Source of the DNA: Nitrospirota bacterium
GTDB lineage: Bacteria; Nitrospirota; Nitrospiria; Nitrospirales; Nitrospiraceae
Length of the DNA: 64,000 nucleotides
Reading direction: 5' to 3'
Assembly: GCA_963701855.1 (NCBI GenBank)
Contig: CAVPBK010000003.1
Coordinates: 32,001-96,000, forward strand
Numbering within the stretch: the first letter of the stretch is position 1; every line of letters starts with the position of its first letter. The notes under the pieces were generated by a model that made no database searches, was not told the origin of the DNA, and saw nothing but the letters and a program-made list of their open reading frames with translations. Below are positions 29,388 through 43,716 of the stretch, piece by piece. The translations under genes were made by a program, and so were the position numbers.

Positions 29388-31172
29388 TTGAGATCATTTC
29401 TTGTGAATCCCTCAGCGCTCGCCAACCCCGGTAACATTAGCTTCTCCGGAAATCATGTATTTGCTCGCGATCTTGCCGCAGCTGGCGGCCGTTGCGTCGA
29501 ACAGTCAACAGGGCATCTCGTCTTCTATCGCGCGGACGGTCGCCGGTTTCTTGCAACCGATCCAGCAGGAAACCCGTTGCACGAATGCGAGTGGGGGACT
29601 GATGCCACAGGCAATGTGGCCCTCCTCCGTGCGCGGATACGATTGGATTGGGGGCAATGGGTCGGGTTGAAGCCGGCTGGTTTGGTGAATGAAACCAGCC
29701 TCAATCTCGCCAGGAAACCTGGTTGGCAACGGCTCAAGGCCGACGATTTACGGATGATAGCGGCTCAGGCGCTTCGGGTTCCGCTCGAGGAAGTGCGATG
29801 GTTTTATCGGGATGAGGATCTCCTGATCGAGTCGGCCGGCAACGCGACAATCCGCCAGAGGAAAGACGCCTTCTATGTGCTGGAGGACGGGAACTTCGAG
29901 CGGGCCTGCTTCATGTCCTGCATGGGGGCGATGAATTGGTCTTCTATCGATTTCCTGCCGGTGGTCGAACTTTTTCAGTCGCTGTTACCGGGAACCGGGT
30001 CTGCGGTCTTTGAATTGATTCGCGGACTCTACGACGATCAGAATGAGGGAAAACCGACTCCGCAACCTTTGCGATACCGAGGTATTCCCACCTATCCATC
30101 CGAAGCCGCCTTCCGTTTGTTTAGTAGCTTCTTTACCCCGCAAGCGCCTGAGGGAAATGATCCCTTCACGGTCTTCATGAGTCCGGAACGGTCCAATCAA
30201 GTAATTTGGCTACCGATTGCAACGCCGCCGATTCGATACTTCGATCAACACTCGGAGGCTTGCCTGACCTTCCACGGTGGCTTGTTGCACAAGGTGACGG
30301 TGGCGTCAGACTCATCCGGGCTGTCCTATCTGAGCCAGAAAGGCCGTCGATTTGTCCCCTACGATCGCAGTGCAAAGATAGTCGGAGCGCATGTCATTCT
30401 GAAGGATCGTGATCGTGAGATGACGTTGGCTGTGACCCTGCCGCCAGGGAGCCTGGAACAGTCTGGTGAGTTGGTGGCCATGAGCCCAGTTGACTGGCGG
30501 TCGGTTTTTGTCCAGGGCGTTCCGGCGATCCTTCCTGCCGAGGCCTACGGAGCGACGTTGCTCTATCCGGAAGACGAATCTGAAATCGGTGAGTGTTCGG
30601 CGCAACCGTTCGTGGCCGATTATCTGGAGGATCTTGGCGAGCAGGACCGAGAAATCGGTGCGGTCCTTTCGCGGGCCCAGCGCGTGCTCATTGACAATGG
30701 CGATGCCGTGGTGGCGACCTGCATCACGTTCGATCGGCCGAGAGACTATACCGTGCTGGTACGGTGTCCAGCCGTTGCACAAAAACAGGCGCAACGACTC
30801 TGGAACATCTGTGCCGAGATTCAGCGGTGGGATTGGCTCTCGCGAATTCGATTCGTGCCGGACGAAGGGCTGTCCGATCAGGAAGCGCCGCACTCCTATG
30901 ACGTGGTCTATCACTGGGCGCCTTATGACAGCAGAGATCTACCGGCGAGCCTAGCCGAACGCATGAAGGGGATCAGCCTGATGCTTCGGGGAGGAGGCAC
31001 TGCGTTCGTCATCGGCCCAGCCCAGTTGGGTCAGTGTGGCACATCCCACGGACTCCGCATCTGCTGGGAAGAACCGGTCGAACAGCTTCCCACATTTCGA
31101 ATGCATCGCACCATTCTGCCGAAAGCGAAGCTGAGGGCAGGGCTGACACTATTTTATTTCAAAAGGATCTAA
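29388..31172 (+). CDS. Hypothetical protein (594 aa)
   Basis: Long ORF, no family recognised; start uncertain. Confidence 0.75.
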   Translation: MRSFLVNPSALANPGNISFSGNHVFARDLAAAGGRCVEQSTGHLVFYRADGRRFLATDPAGNPLHECEWGTDATGNVALLRARIRLDWGQWVGLKPAGLVNETSLNLARKPGWQRLKADDLRMIAAQALRVPLEEVRWFYRDEDLLIESAGNATIRQRKDAFYVLEDGNFERACFMSCMGAMNWSSIDFLPVVELFQSLLPGTGSAVFELIRGLYDDQNEGKPTPQPLRYRGIPTYPSEAAFRLFSSFFTPQAPEGNDPFTVFMSPERSNQVIWLPIATPPIRYFDQHSEACLTFHGGLLHKVTVASDSSGLSYLSQKGRRFVPYDRSAKIVGAHVILKDRDREMTLAVTLPPGSLEQSGELVAMSPVDWRSVFVQGVPAILPAEAYGATLLYPEDESEIGECSAQPFVADYLEDLGEQDREIGAVLSRAQRVLIDNGDAVVATCITFDRPRDYTVLVRCPAVAQKQAQRLWNICAEIQRWDWLSRIRFVPDEGLSDQEAPHSYDVVYHWAPYDSRDLPASLAERMKGISLMLRGGGTAFVIGPAQLGQCGTSHGLRICWEEPVEQLPTFRMHRTILPKAKLRAGLTLFYFKRI

Positions 31173-31214
31173 CGTGCTTGCACCGGGTATTCCAGATGAA
31201 CTACGGTTGGCGAG

Positions 31215-31910
31215 ATGAGTGACGCGACTCCAGAACAGATTGCCGGCGAGGAGCCTGACGACAAGGTCATCGTCTATTGGGAACGGGAGTATTCGACGGC
31301 CATTGCGCCGGAGCGGTTGAAGCTCGACTTCACACCGCATCGGCCGTTATTGTCCGGGATGTCGCTGGATGAGCAACGGACGGTGGCGGTCGAGGGCTAC
31401 AAAGTGATCCCCGACGACTGTGGACCGGTGCGAACAGTGGGCCAGTACGGCTGGCTCATTCGGTCTCCGGCGGACTGCAAAATTCGACGAACGGCCGATG
31501 GGATCAAATGGCAAGCCCCGCCGATCCTGCCGGAAGAGCGGATTCTTGGCTACAAGTCGTTTTCAGGGACCTATGTCGATTTGATCTTAAACAGCGGGTA
31601 CCCCAAGCTCTGCTGTGGTATTCGCTTCTACTATCCCAAGCAGGTGGGGTTGATAATGAAGGACGTGCCGAACCACTTTTACCATTACCCCGATCGGACT
31701 TTTTTTGTGTGGGAGGGGATGAAGACCCAAGAGTATAAACGCACGCCAAATATGTACGACTGGCTTCCGGACTACGACGCGTTCACCGCCAACTTTCTAT
31801 TGCACCTTACCAAGCCGACGACGATCAAACGTGGTGATCCCATCGGCATTGTGGTGCCGGTGATGCTGCCCAAGCAGTTCACATTAGAAGAACTCACACC
31901 GCGCGGGTGA
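31215..31910 (+). CDS. Hypothetical protein, DUF6065-like
   Basis: CGP...GWLIRSP and FTANF...IKRGDPI motifs; weak recognition. Confidence 0.6.
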   Translation: MSDATPEQIAGEEPDDKVIVYWEREYSTAIAPERLKLDFTPHRPLLSGMSLDEQRTVAVEGYKVIPDDCGPVRTVGQYGWLIRSPADCKIRRTADGIKWQAPPILPEERILGYKSFSGTYVDLILNSGYPKLCCGIRFYYPKQVGLIMKDVPNHFYHYPDRTFFVWEGMKTQEYKRTPNMYDWLPDYDAFTANFLLHLTKPTTIKRGDPIGIVVPVMLPKQFTLEELTPRG

Positions 31911-31963
31911 GTCCTTCGCAGGGGATGGCGTCACTCCGATCGTCCACACTCAAGCGAAACGGG

Positions 31964-32024
31964 CAGGGAAGTTATAGGTTCGAAGTTCCGAACACTTCAG
32001 CCTTCAGCCTGAACACCTGAGTAG
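31964..32024. repeat. Partial copy of the heptamer element
   Basis: CTTCAGCCTTCAGCCTGAACACCTGAGTAG. Confidence 0.7.
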
Positions 32025-32037
32025 GCTGTCTTGTAGC

Positions 32038-32067
32038 TTGACAGCATTCCTCCTGCTTCCGTAAGAT
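32038..32067 (+). promoter_or_regulatory. Sigma70-type promoter of the pyr operon
   Basis: TTGACA-18 nt-TAAGAT immediately before the PyrR site. Confidence 0.7.
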
Positions 32068-32074
32068 GCAGAAG

Positions 32075-32106
32075 CCTTTAATGCTCATCCTGCGAGGTGA
32101 GCAAGG
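32075..32106 (+). promoter_or_regulatory. PyrR-binding RNA element
   Basis: CCTTTAA-TGCTCA-TCCTGCGAGG-TGAGCA-AGG fits the UUUAA / UCCnGnGAGG consensus upstream of pyrR. Confidence 0.85.
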
Positions 32107-32151
32107 AGTGGCCATGAGTTTCAATCAGGTTTGTGTCTGCAGGCATACCTC

Positions 32152-32187
32152 AACCTTCTCGTCGGATATCGATGGGAGGGTTTTTTT
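32152..32187 (+). terminator. Attenuator terminator of the pyr leader
   Basis: AACCTTCTCGTCG...CGATGGGAGGGTT stem (with G-U pairs) running into a T7 tract. Confidence 0.8.
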
Positions 32188-32198
32188 ATGCCAGCCCC

Positions 32199-32323
32199 CA
32201 GGATGCTGAAAAAGTCCGCCAGCGGCGGTTTCGGTTCATCGAAATCCTCAACGTACCCCTGAGGGTACGCCGCCGGTTTCGATTCGCCTGTGGCCTTGCC
32301 GGACAGCCTTTTTGAGCATCCTG
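32199..32323. repeat. Full REP/MITE-like palindromic element in the pyrR leader
   Basis: CAGGATGCTGAAAAAG ... CTTTTTGAGCATCCTG TIR; central CGTACCCCTGAGGGTACG hairpin. Confidence 0.85.
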
Positions 32324-32363
32324 CTTAATGTGAAACGTTTGCAATGTGGTGCGTTGCGGATGA

Positions 32364-32921
<558 letters not shown>

Positions 32922-32934
32922 GGAGGAGGGAACG

Positions 32935-33855
32935 ATGAGTCTCAAACGCAAAGACCTCTTAAGCCTCGCCCCTCTGTCGGTGGATGAGATCCGATTGATT
33001 TTAGAAACGGCCGATTCGTTCAAGGAAGTGACCGGCCGGGAAATCAAGAAAGTTCCGGCTCTCCGTGGTCGTACCGTGGTGAATCTGTTCTTTGAGCCCA
33101 GTACCAGGACTCGTACCTCGTTTGAGTTGGCGGCGAAACGGCTGAGTGCTGATGTGATCAATTTCTCACCGTCGTCGAGCAGCATCGTGAAAGGGGAAAC
33201 GTTACTCGACACTGCGCGTAATATCGAGGCGATGCAGGCGGATATTATCGTCTTGCGTCACCCCTCTGCCGGTGCCGCAGAGTCCCTGGCCCGCGGTGTG
33301 AAGTCTTCCGTGATCAATGCTGGAGATGGGTGGCATGAGCATCCGACGCAAGCACTCTTGGATCTGTATACGATTCGCGAGCGTGGGTTGTCGTTCGAGG
33401 GGCTGCGGGTGGCGATCGTCGGGGATGTCGCCCATAGCCGTGTCGCGCGTTCGAACATTCACGCGCTCGTGAAGTTGGGAGCAGAGGTTCGACTGGTAGG
33501 GCCGCCGACAATGATGCCCTGTGGCGTAGAGAAATTGGGCGTGCGCGTCTACTATGATTTCGACGAGGCGTTGCGCGGCGTGCAGGTCATCATGATGTTG
33601 CGATTGCAGCTCGAACGGCAGGGGATTGCGCTATTTCCGACCATTCGAGAATATGCGCGGCTGTATGGGTTGACGACCGAGCGGGTCGAACTGGCCGATC
33701 CTGGGGCGATTGTGATGCATCCGGGTCCGATCAACCGCGGGGTCGAGATCGCTCCGGAGGTGGCCGATAGTTTGTCGTCGGTAATTCTAGAGCAGGTCGC
33801 GAACGGTGTGGCGGTTCGCATGGGGATTCTCTATCTCATGTCGGGCAGCAATTGA
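32935..33855 (+). CDS. pyrB: Aspartate carbamoyltransferase catalytic subunit
   Basis: [29 protein letters not shown]. Confidence 0.98.
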   Translation: MSLKRKDLLSLAPLSVDEIRLILETADSFKEVTGREIKKVPALRGRTVVNLFFEPSTRTRTSFELAAKRLSADVINFSPSSSSIVKGETLLDTARNIEAMQADIIVLRHPSAGAAESLARGVKSSVINAGDGWHEHPTQALLDLYTIRERGLSFEGLRVAIVGDVAHSRVARSNIHALVKLGAEVRLVGPPTMMPCGVEKLGVRVYYDFDEALRGVQVIMMLRLQLERQGIALFPTIREYARLYGLTTERVELADPGAIVMHPGPINRGVEIAPEVADSLSSVILEQVANGVAVRMGILYLMSGSN

Positions 33856-33863
33856 ATGATCAT

Positions 33864-34024
33864 GAGGCAGGTCGATAGGCTGAAGGTGTTTAGGGGTCGG
33901 GTTTCCTGCGCAACGAAGACGTATCGTTACTTGAACCCAAGGTCGTAGAAACTGAGAAGGTTTTGAATGGCTTGATTCGTGCTCTGCGAGATAATGTATA
34001 GCCTTCAGCCTGAACCCCTGAGTC
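33864..34024. mobile_element. Second heptamer element with a four-helix-bundle gene 3' remnant
   Basis: Same ends as 19596; interior reads GFLRNEDVSLLEPKVVETEKVLNGLIRALRDNV*. Confidence 0.75.
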
Positions 34025-34062
34025 GTGACACGCATTGAATCATTGAAGGAAGCAGCGAACCT

Positions 34063-35367
34063 ATGAAGCCATCGTCCAATCAGCCTATTCTTATTGCAGG
34101 CGGGCACGTGATCAATCCTGGGCGGTTCAACGGCGTGGCCGACGTGCTGATCGATGAAGGTCGAGTGGTCGCGGTGGGGCCTCACCTCAAGGTTCCCGCA
34201 GGAGCCACGAAAATCGATGCCAGGGGACGATTAGTTCTTCCCGGTTTTGTCGATCTCCACGTTCATTTTCGTGAACCGGGCTTTGAATACAAAGAGTCGA
34301 TCCAGAGCGGAGCGGCGGCGGCGGTGGCCGGCGGCTTCACCTCGGTCTGTTGTATGCCCAATACGAATCCTGTCAATGACAACCAAGCGATTACGGAGTT
34401 TATGCTCGATCGCGCAAGGGCTGCTGGGCTGGCGAATGTGTTTCCGATCGGTGCGATTACGAAAGGTTCGGAAGGGAAAGAGCTGGCGGAGATTGGCGAT
34501 TTGCGGCGTGCAGGCTGTGTGGCGATTTCGGATGACGGAAAGCCGGTGATGAATAGCCTGGTCATGCGCCGAGCGATGGAGTATGCCTTGGCCTTCGACG
34601 TGCCGGTAGTTGATCATTGCGAAGATCTGCATCTTGCCGAGGGGGGCTGTATGAACGAAGGGGCCGTCTCGACCGAGTTGGGGCTCCCCGGGATGCCGGC
34701 AGCAGCGGAAGATGTGATGGTGGCGCGTAATGTTGCCTTGGCGGAACTGACCGGGGCTCGGCTGCACCTGGCCCATATCAGCACCGAGGGATCGGTTCGG
34801 ATGGTGCGGGAGGCCAAGTCACGCGGGCTGAAAGTCACAGCCGAAGCTTGTCCCCATCACTTTACGATTACGGAAGAAACCGTCCGAGGCTATAATACCT
34901 ATGCCAAAATGAATCCTCCGCTTCGGACATGGAAGGATGTGCAAGCGATCAAGGAAGGTCTTCGCGACGGCACGATCGATGTCATTGCGACGGATCATGC
35001 TCCGCATGCTTCCCAGGAAAAACAGCTGGGATTTACCGAAGCGCCGTTCGGGATCGTCGGACTGGAGACTGCGCTGCCATTAACCCTTGCGCTGGTCGAT
35101 GAAGGGGTCATATCGTTGGAGTCGGCTGTCGATAAGTTGAGCACGGCTCCGGCGAAGGCATTTGGATTAGCCAAAGGCACGCTGGCGGTCGGTGCCGATG
35201 CCGATGTGGCGATCGTCGATCAGCAGGAACAGTGGGAGGTCGATCCAGCCAAGTTTCGCTCAAAGAGCCGGAATACCCCGTTTGCCGGATGGAAGGTGAA
35301 GGGCCGGGTTACGATGACGATCGTGGGTGGCCGGGTCGTATTCGAGGCCGGTCGGGAAGAGTCATAG
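34063..35367 (+). CDS. pyrC: Dihydroorotase
   Basis: PGFVDLHVHFREPG, MPNT, KMNPPLR, ATDHAPH. Confidence 0.97.
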   Translation: MKPSSNQPILIAGGHVINPGRFNGVADVLIDEGRVVAVGPHLKVPAGATKIDARGRLVLPGFVDLHVHFREPGFEYKESIQSGAAAAVAGGFTSVCCMPNTNPVNDNQAITEFMLDRARAAGLANVFPIGAITKGSEGKELAEIGDLRRAGCVAISDDGKPVMNSLVMRRAMEYALAFDVPVVDHCEDLHLAEGGCMNEGAVSTELGLPGMPAAAEDVMVARNVALAELTGARLHLAHISTEGSVRMVREAKSRGLKVTAEACPHHFTITEETVRGYNTYAKMNPPLRTWKDVQAIKEGLRDGTIDVIATDHAPHASQEKQLGFTEAPFGIVGLETALPLTLALVDEGVISLESAVDKLSTAPAKAFGLAKGTLAVGADADVAIVDQQEQWEVDPAKFRSKSRNTPFAGWKVKGRVTMTIVGGRVVFEAGREES

Positions 35368-35893
35368 CACTGTGCTACGTCTGTCCCGTTGGGGGATGAT
35401 CGGTTGCCTCACGCTTGAATGGCTGGCACTGGGAGTTTGGGTTGGCGGCGGACTGGTGCTCATTGGAGCGGTCATTCCTGCGGTCTTCAATACGTTCGGC
35501 GGGCAGGACTCAGGCGGACTGTTTCTGACGAAGGCGTTTGAGGGCTATCATCGCTTTATGGTCGGAGCGCTGGCGATCATGGGTGCCGCATTGTGGTATC
35601 GCTGGTGGAGTGGAAATCCGGTGGTCGGCGTCGGTCGGGGCGAGATGATGGTGTTGGCCGGGATGCTAGTGATCACAGGCATCATTATTGTGTGGCTGCA
35701 TCCCTCTGCTGCGGCGCTTCAAGCTCAGGCCTTCGCAGTGCAAGAGGAGGCGGCGAAGAAGGCGGCCTTCGAAGCCTTGTTTCGTATGCTGAAGCCAATC
35801 CGCTGGATCTACATGGTTGACCTTGTACTGGGCATTCTCTTGGTCGGTATCAAGGCGAAACGGTCCCTCTGTCGGGACGGAGTGTTCTCGTGA
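35327..35893 (+). CDS. DUF4149-like membrane protein (start uncertain)
   Basis: Four hydrophobic segments, WVGG...AVIPAVF; GTGA overlap with carA. Confidence 0.7.
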   Translation: MAGSYSRPVGKSHSTVLRLSRWGMIGCLTLEWLALGVWVGGGLVLIGAVIPAVFNTFGGQDSGGLFLTKAFEGYHRFMVGALAIMGAALWYRWWSGNPVVGVGRGEMMVLAGMLVITGIIIVWLHPSAAALQAQAFAVQEEAAKKAAFEALFRMLKPIRWIYMVDLVLGILLVGIKAKRSLCRDGVFS

Positions 35894-37065
35894 AAACGGC
35901 ATTGTTGGCACTGGCAGATGGCACAATTTTCGAGGGCCGTGCCCTTGGATACGAAGGGGAGACGGTGGGAGAAGTCGTGTTTAATACGGCCATGACCGGC
36001 TATCAGGAGGTTTTGACCGATCCTTCATATAAGGGGCAAATCATCACGATGACCTCTCCCCATATCGGAAACTATGGGATGACAACGGAGGATGCCGAGT
36101 CACGGCGGGTTTGGGCTGAAGGATTCATTGTGAAAGAGGCAAGCCGACTCGCCAGTAACTGGCGCAGTCGGCAGCAGTTACACGATTATATGCATGAGGC
36201 GAAGATCGTCGGCATCGAAGGCTTGGATACGAGGGCTCTGACCCGCCACTTGCGCGAACATGGTTCGCAGCAGGGCCTTATCACTCATGTCGACGAGGAT
36301 CCACGGCGGGCCGTTGAGAAGGCACAGGCAGCTCCGAGTATCGTTGGGCGCGATCTGGCGGCAACTGTTACCTGTGGGAAGGCTTATCGGTGGACTGAAG
36401 GATCAGGCGAGTGGCTACCTTCGCTCGGCGACAAGCCACGGGCTAATGCGACCAGGCGGTGGCATGTCGTCGCCTACGATTTCGGCGTGAAACGGAACAT
36501 TCTTCGCCGGCTTGTGGATGTGGGATGTGACGTAACCGTCGTTCCGGCTTCGGCCACCGCAACGCAGGTTGAAGCCCTCAAGCCTGACGGGATCTTTCTG
36601 TCGAACGGTCCGGGGGATCCGGAGGGAGTGCCTTACGCGGTTGAGGCGGTGCGGCAATTGATCGGACGCCATCCGGTCTTCGGCATTTGCTTGGGGCATC
36701 AGATTCTTGGTCTCGCGCTGGGGCTCAGCACCTATAAATTGAAGTTCGGCCATCATGGGGCGAATCATCCGGTCATGGATCTCCGCACAAGACGAGTCGA
36801 GATCACGTCGCAAAACCACAATTTCGCGGTAGAGGTGGCCAGCCCGATCAGCGTGATGCCGGAACGACCGCCAGTGGTGGAGACATCGTTCGGTCAAGTT
36901 CTGGTCACACATCTGAGCCTAAACGATCACTCGGTTGAAGGATTGGCCTGTGTTGATCGCCCGGTGTTTTCGGTACAGTATCATCCAGAGGCGTCTCCTG
37001 GTCCCCATGACTCCGCCTACTTATTCACCGAGTTTACACAATTGTTGGAGAATCAGCATGAATAG
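35890..37065 (+). CDS. carA: Carbamoyl-phosphate synthase small subunit
   Basis: [41 protein letters not shown]. Confidence 0.98.
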   Translation: MKTALLALADGTIFEGRALGYEGETVGEVVFNTAMTGYQEVLTDPSYKGQIITMTSPHIGNYGMTTEDAESRRVWAEGFIVKEASRLASNWRSRQQLHDYMHEAKIVGIEGLDTRALTRHLREHGSQQGLITHVDEDPRRAVEKAQAAPSIVGRDLAATVTCGKAYRWTEGSGEWLPSLGDKPRANATRRWHVVAYDFGVKRNILRRLVDVGCDVTVVPASATATQVEALKPDGIFLSNGPGDPEGVPYAVEAVRQLIGRHPVFGICLGHQILGLALGLSTYKLKFGHHGANHPVMDLRTRRVEITSQNHNFAVEVASPISVMPERPPVVETSFGQVLVTHLSLNDHSVEGLACVDRPVFSVQYHPEASPGPHDSAYLFTEFTQLLENQHE

Positions 37066-38026
37066 AGTGTACCCAATGCTTGGTCGGTTCTGCCTCCTCG
37101 CAGCTATCTCTCTGCAAGCCGGTTGCATCACGGTCAATCTTATCGAGCCATCGGGGCCAGTGAAGGAAGTGCAGCTTAGCGGTACGGGCGATGGAAAAGT
37201 GCTGCTGCTCGATTTGTCAGGGGTCATCAGCTCACAAGATAAAGAGGGCCTCGTTCCACAGCCCAACATGTTGGCTACGTTCAAGGAAGAGCTGACGAGA
37301 GCCTCGAAAGACGACAAGGTCAAGGCTGTGGTTGTCCGCATCAACAGTCCGGGCGGAACCGTAACCGCGTCGGATATCCTGTATCACGAGTTGCGGGAGT
37401 TCAAAACTAAAAGGAAGATTCCTGTGATTGCCTCGATGATGGACGTGGCGGCATCAGGGGGCTACTACCTGGCCATGGCAGCGGACAGCATTTTAGTCCA
37501 TCCCTCGACGGTGACAGGCAGTATCGGCGTCATTATGTTGACCGTCAACGCCAGGGGATTGCTCGAAAAAGTGGGTGTCGAGGCCAACGCTATTACGTCT
37601 GGCCCCCGTAAAGATATGGGCTCGCCCTTTCGAGTCATGACGGCTGAGGAGCGGGGGATCTTTCAAAGCGTGATCGATTCGTTCTATCAGCGGTTTCTGG
37701 GAGTTGTGCAGGAGGGGCGCCCTAATCTGTCGGCTGAGCAAATCAAGAAACTGGCCGATGGACGGATCTATTCCGGAGATCAGGCCAAGGCGGCAGGCTT
37801 GATCGACGAGATCGGGTATCTCGATGACGCGGTCGAAATGGCTAAAAAGAAAGCGGGTCTCACAGAAGCCCGGGTCGTGACTTATGGGAGGCGTGGCGAA
37901 TATCAGAATAATATCTACTCGCGCCTGTTCGGGACGAGTTCAGGCATCACTGGGTTGGCCAATCTAGATTTGTTGTCGATGGTGCGGGGTGGAACGCCCC
38001 AGTTTATGTATCTCTGGATGCCGTAA
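37058..38026 (+). CDS. sppA: Signal peptide peptidase SppA (S49), lipoprotein
   Basis: LQAGC lipobox, RINSPGG, AASGGYY, TGSIGV. Confidence 0.92.
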   Translation: MNRVYPMLGRFCLLAAISLQAGCITVNLIEPSGPVKEVQLSGTGDGKVLLLDLSGVISSQDKEGLVPQPNMLATFKEELTRASKDDKVKAVVVRINSPGGTVTASDILYHELREFKTKRKIPVIASMMDVAASGGYYLAMAADSILVHPSTVTGSIGVIMLTVNARGLLEKVGVEANAITSGPRKDMGSPFRVMTAEERGIFQSVIDSFYQRFLGVVQEGRPNLSAEQIKKLADGRIYSGDQAKAAGLIDEIGYLDDAVEMAKKKAGLTEARVVTYGRRGEYQNNIYSRLFGTSSGITGLANLDLLSMVRGGTPQFMYLWMP

Positions 38027-38069
38027 TCCAGGAGTTGATGAGAGCACCATTGAATCATTGCATTGAGGA

Positions 38070-39047
38070 GTGAAACCTCCAATGGCTCAGCCCTCACATG
38101 ACACGATGCGTCAATTCCTCAACGCGCCGATCGGACGCCGGGGAATGCTGGCTCTGGGCGCTCATGGGGTGATGGGCCTTTGCACAGCCCTTGGGGCTGG
38201 AGCGGCCGTGAGTCTGTTCGGCAGCCTGAGCGGTTGTTATCGGGCGCCGGGCACGGCTCGCGACCAGGTGATCTTTTTCTCCGAAGAGAAGGAGTTGCAA
38301 CTCGGAGTGAGCGCGTTCCGCGAGGTGTTGCGATCCGCGCCGCTCAGTGACGATCCGGAAGTGAATGAGTTGGTGCACCGCGTGGGACGAAAAATCGCTG
38401 CAGCCGCCAACAAGCCGGAGTATCAGTGGGAATTTGCGGTCATTCAAGACGACAAGATGGTCAATGCCTTCGCGCTGCCAGGTGGGAAGGTCGCCATCTT
38501 CACCGGGATTCTCAAACATACAAAAGACGATGCTGGATTGGCGACAGTGATGGGGCATGAGGTCGCGCATGCGTTGCAGCGCCACGGGGTAGAGCGGATG
38601 AGCCGGAGTATCCTGGACCAAATTGCGCAATTGGGCGCATTGGGTGCTGCGGCAACTGGACGTGTCAACTCCGGTGCGATCCAGGGCTTGTTGGGGGCCT
38701 ATGGGGTCAATGTGTCGTTGCCCTTCAATCGGACACAAGAGTCGGAAGCCGACCACATCGGGCTTCGATTGATGGCGCAGGCGGGGTATAATCCGCGGGA
38801 AGCCGTGCCGTTTTGGGAGCGCATGAGCGGTTGTCCGAGGCTGATGATCGGGAAGCTCTGTTTTCGGTCGCAGCAAGCGGTACCTGAATTTCTTTCCACC
38901 CATCCGTCCGATTTGACACGCATCAATCAGATCGAGGCCTGGTTGCCCGAGGCGCTCCAGTATTATCATGGGCCTGGGGGGGGTATAGCGCCACCATCGC
39001 TGGCGCCATACAAGCCGACGATCGGGCCGATGCCAGAAGCTAGCTGA
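38070..39047 (+). CDS. M48 family zinc metallopeptidase, probable Tat-exported lipoprotein
   Basis: IGRRGML, LSGC, NAFALPGG, GHEVAH, ESEAD, FLSTHP. Confidence 0.92.
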   Translation: MKPPMAQPSHDTMRQFLNAPIGRRGMLALGAHGVMGLCTALGAGAAVSLFGSLSGCYRAPGTARDQVIFFSEEKELQLGVSAFREVLRSAPLSDDPEVNELVHRVGRKIAAAANKPEYQWEFAVIQDDKMVNAFALPGGKVAIFTGILKHTKDDAGLATVMGHEVAHALQRHGVERMSRSILDQIAQLGALGAAATGRVNSGAIQGLLGAYGVNVSLPFNRTQESEADHIGLRLMAQAGYNPREAVPFWERMSGCPRLMIGKLCFRSQQAVPEFLSTHPSDLTRINQIEAWLPEALQYYHGPGGGIAPPSLAPYKPTIGPMPEAS

Positions 39048-39065
39048 CTCTGAAACGAGGTCTCT

Positions 39066-42326
<3,261 letters not shown>

Positions 42327-42335
42327 AGGACGTCG

Positions 42336-42818
42336 TTGATTATGCCGACACCGATTACGAGAAAGGGGCACGAGGCGCTCCAAGCAGAGCTTGATCGTCT
42401 TCGCAAAGTCGAGCGTGCTAAAAACATCGAAGCCATTGCTGAAGCGCGTGCCCATGGGGATTTGAGCGAGAATGCGGAGTACGATGCTGCAAAAGAACGC
42501 CAGGGATTCATTGAATCGCGGATCGTGGAACTGCAGTCGAAGCTGGCCGATGCCCGCATCATCGAAACGTCAGGGCGAGTCTCCGACACCATTGTGTTCG
42601 GTGCCACGGTACTTGTGATTGAGCAGGAGTCGCAGTCAAAGCGGGAGTATACGCTGGTGGGACAGGATGAAGCCGACATGAAAGTGAACCGCATCTCGAT
42701 TCAGTCTCCGGTCGGCAAGGCGCTGATCGGAAAGCGTGTCGGCGATTTTGTGGAAGTGAAGACTCCGGTGAAAATAGTCGAGTACGAGGTGCTGGAGATC
42801 CGTTTCGAGGAGTTGTAA
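42336..42818 (+). CDS. greA: Transcription elongation factor GreA
   Basis: ARAHGDLSENAEY, ISIQSPVGKALIGK. Confidence 0.97.
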   Translation: MIMPTPITRKGHEALQAELDRLRKVERAKNIEAIAEARAHGDLSENAEYDAAKERQGFIESRIVELQSKLADARIIETSGRVSDTIVFGATVLVIEQESQSKREYTLVGQDEADMKVNRISIQSPVGKALIGKRVGDFVEVKTPVKIVEYEVLEIRFEEL

Positions 42819-42819
42819 G

Positions 42820-43617
42820 GTGCCGCCGACACGTCTCCTGATTACCCTCCTGACGGATTTCGGCGACCGTGATTGGTTCGTGGCAAGCATGAAAGGGGCG
42901 ATCCTCACCATCAATCCCCACGCCACCATCGTCGATCTCTCACATCATGTGCCGCCCCATTCGATTGAAGACGCCGCCTATTTCCTGAAATCCTGCTATC
43001 GATATTTTCCGGAGGGCACGGTGCATGTGGCCGTCGTCGATCCTGGCGTCGGAACCAGGCGACGACCGCTGGTTGTCAAAGCGGCCCGGCACTATTTTCT
43101 CGGTCCTGACAACGGATTGTTCTCGTATATTTTTAGCGAAAAACATGAAGTGGAAGTCAGGGAGATCGAGAATCAACAATATCGTATCGAGTCTATCGGG
43201 CACACTTTCGACGGTCGAGATATTTTTGCGCCTGCTGCTGCCTGGCTGACGACTAATCAGCCCTTTGAATCATTTGGTCGAAGGATCGAGGAGCGGGTGG
43301 CATTTCCGATCGTCGAACCGAAAGGGGGAGCGAATGGCTTTGTCGGGGAGGTTGTCTATGTCGACCATTTTGGGAACCTGATTACCAATCTTATGCTCAA
43401 ACACGTTAATATAGTACGAAGTATGGCCCCAAACGAGGGCCTAGCATTGCAGATTGCCGGGCATAGGGCTGGACTTGTCGCCAACTATGCTGAAGGGTCA
43501 AAGGTCAAGCCGTCTGCGTTGATCAACAGCAATGGGGCAATAGAAGTGTTCATCAAGGAAGGCAATGCCGCACAACGGCTCAAGGCGGGGCGTGGAGTGG
43601 AAATAACTCTTTCATAG
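42820..43617 (+). CDS. SAM hydrolase / SAM-dependent halogenase family protein (DUF62)
   Basis: ITLLTDFG, VAVVDPGVGT.RR, GPDNG, TFDGRDIFAP, DHFGNLITN. Confidence 0.93.
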   Translation: MPPTRLLITLLTDFGDRDWFVASMKGAILTINPHATIVDLSHHVPPHSIEDAAYFLKSCYRYFPEGTVHVAVVDPGVGTRRRPLVVKAARHYFLGPDNGLFSYIFSEKHEVEVREIENQQYRIESIGHTFDGRDIFAPAAAWLTTNQPFESFGRRIEERVAFPIVEPKGGANGFVGEVVYVDHFGNLITNLMLKHVNIVRSMAPNEGLALQIAGHRAGLVANYAEGSKVKPSALINSNGAIEVFIKEGNAAQRLKAGRGVEITLS

Positions 43618-43716
43618 ATCCTGAAAAATAATTTGGAACTGCGTCACAGTTCTAGCGGCGTAATGAGCAGCGGGAGTCGCGCCGGTGGGCTAATGGTCGT
43701 GCCACGATGAAGGCAA

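Noticed and set aside
42820..43617. Fluorinase/chlorinase call
   Set aside because: Housekeeping context and generic DUF62 motifs favour a SAM hydrolase; no halogenase-specific evidence
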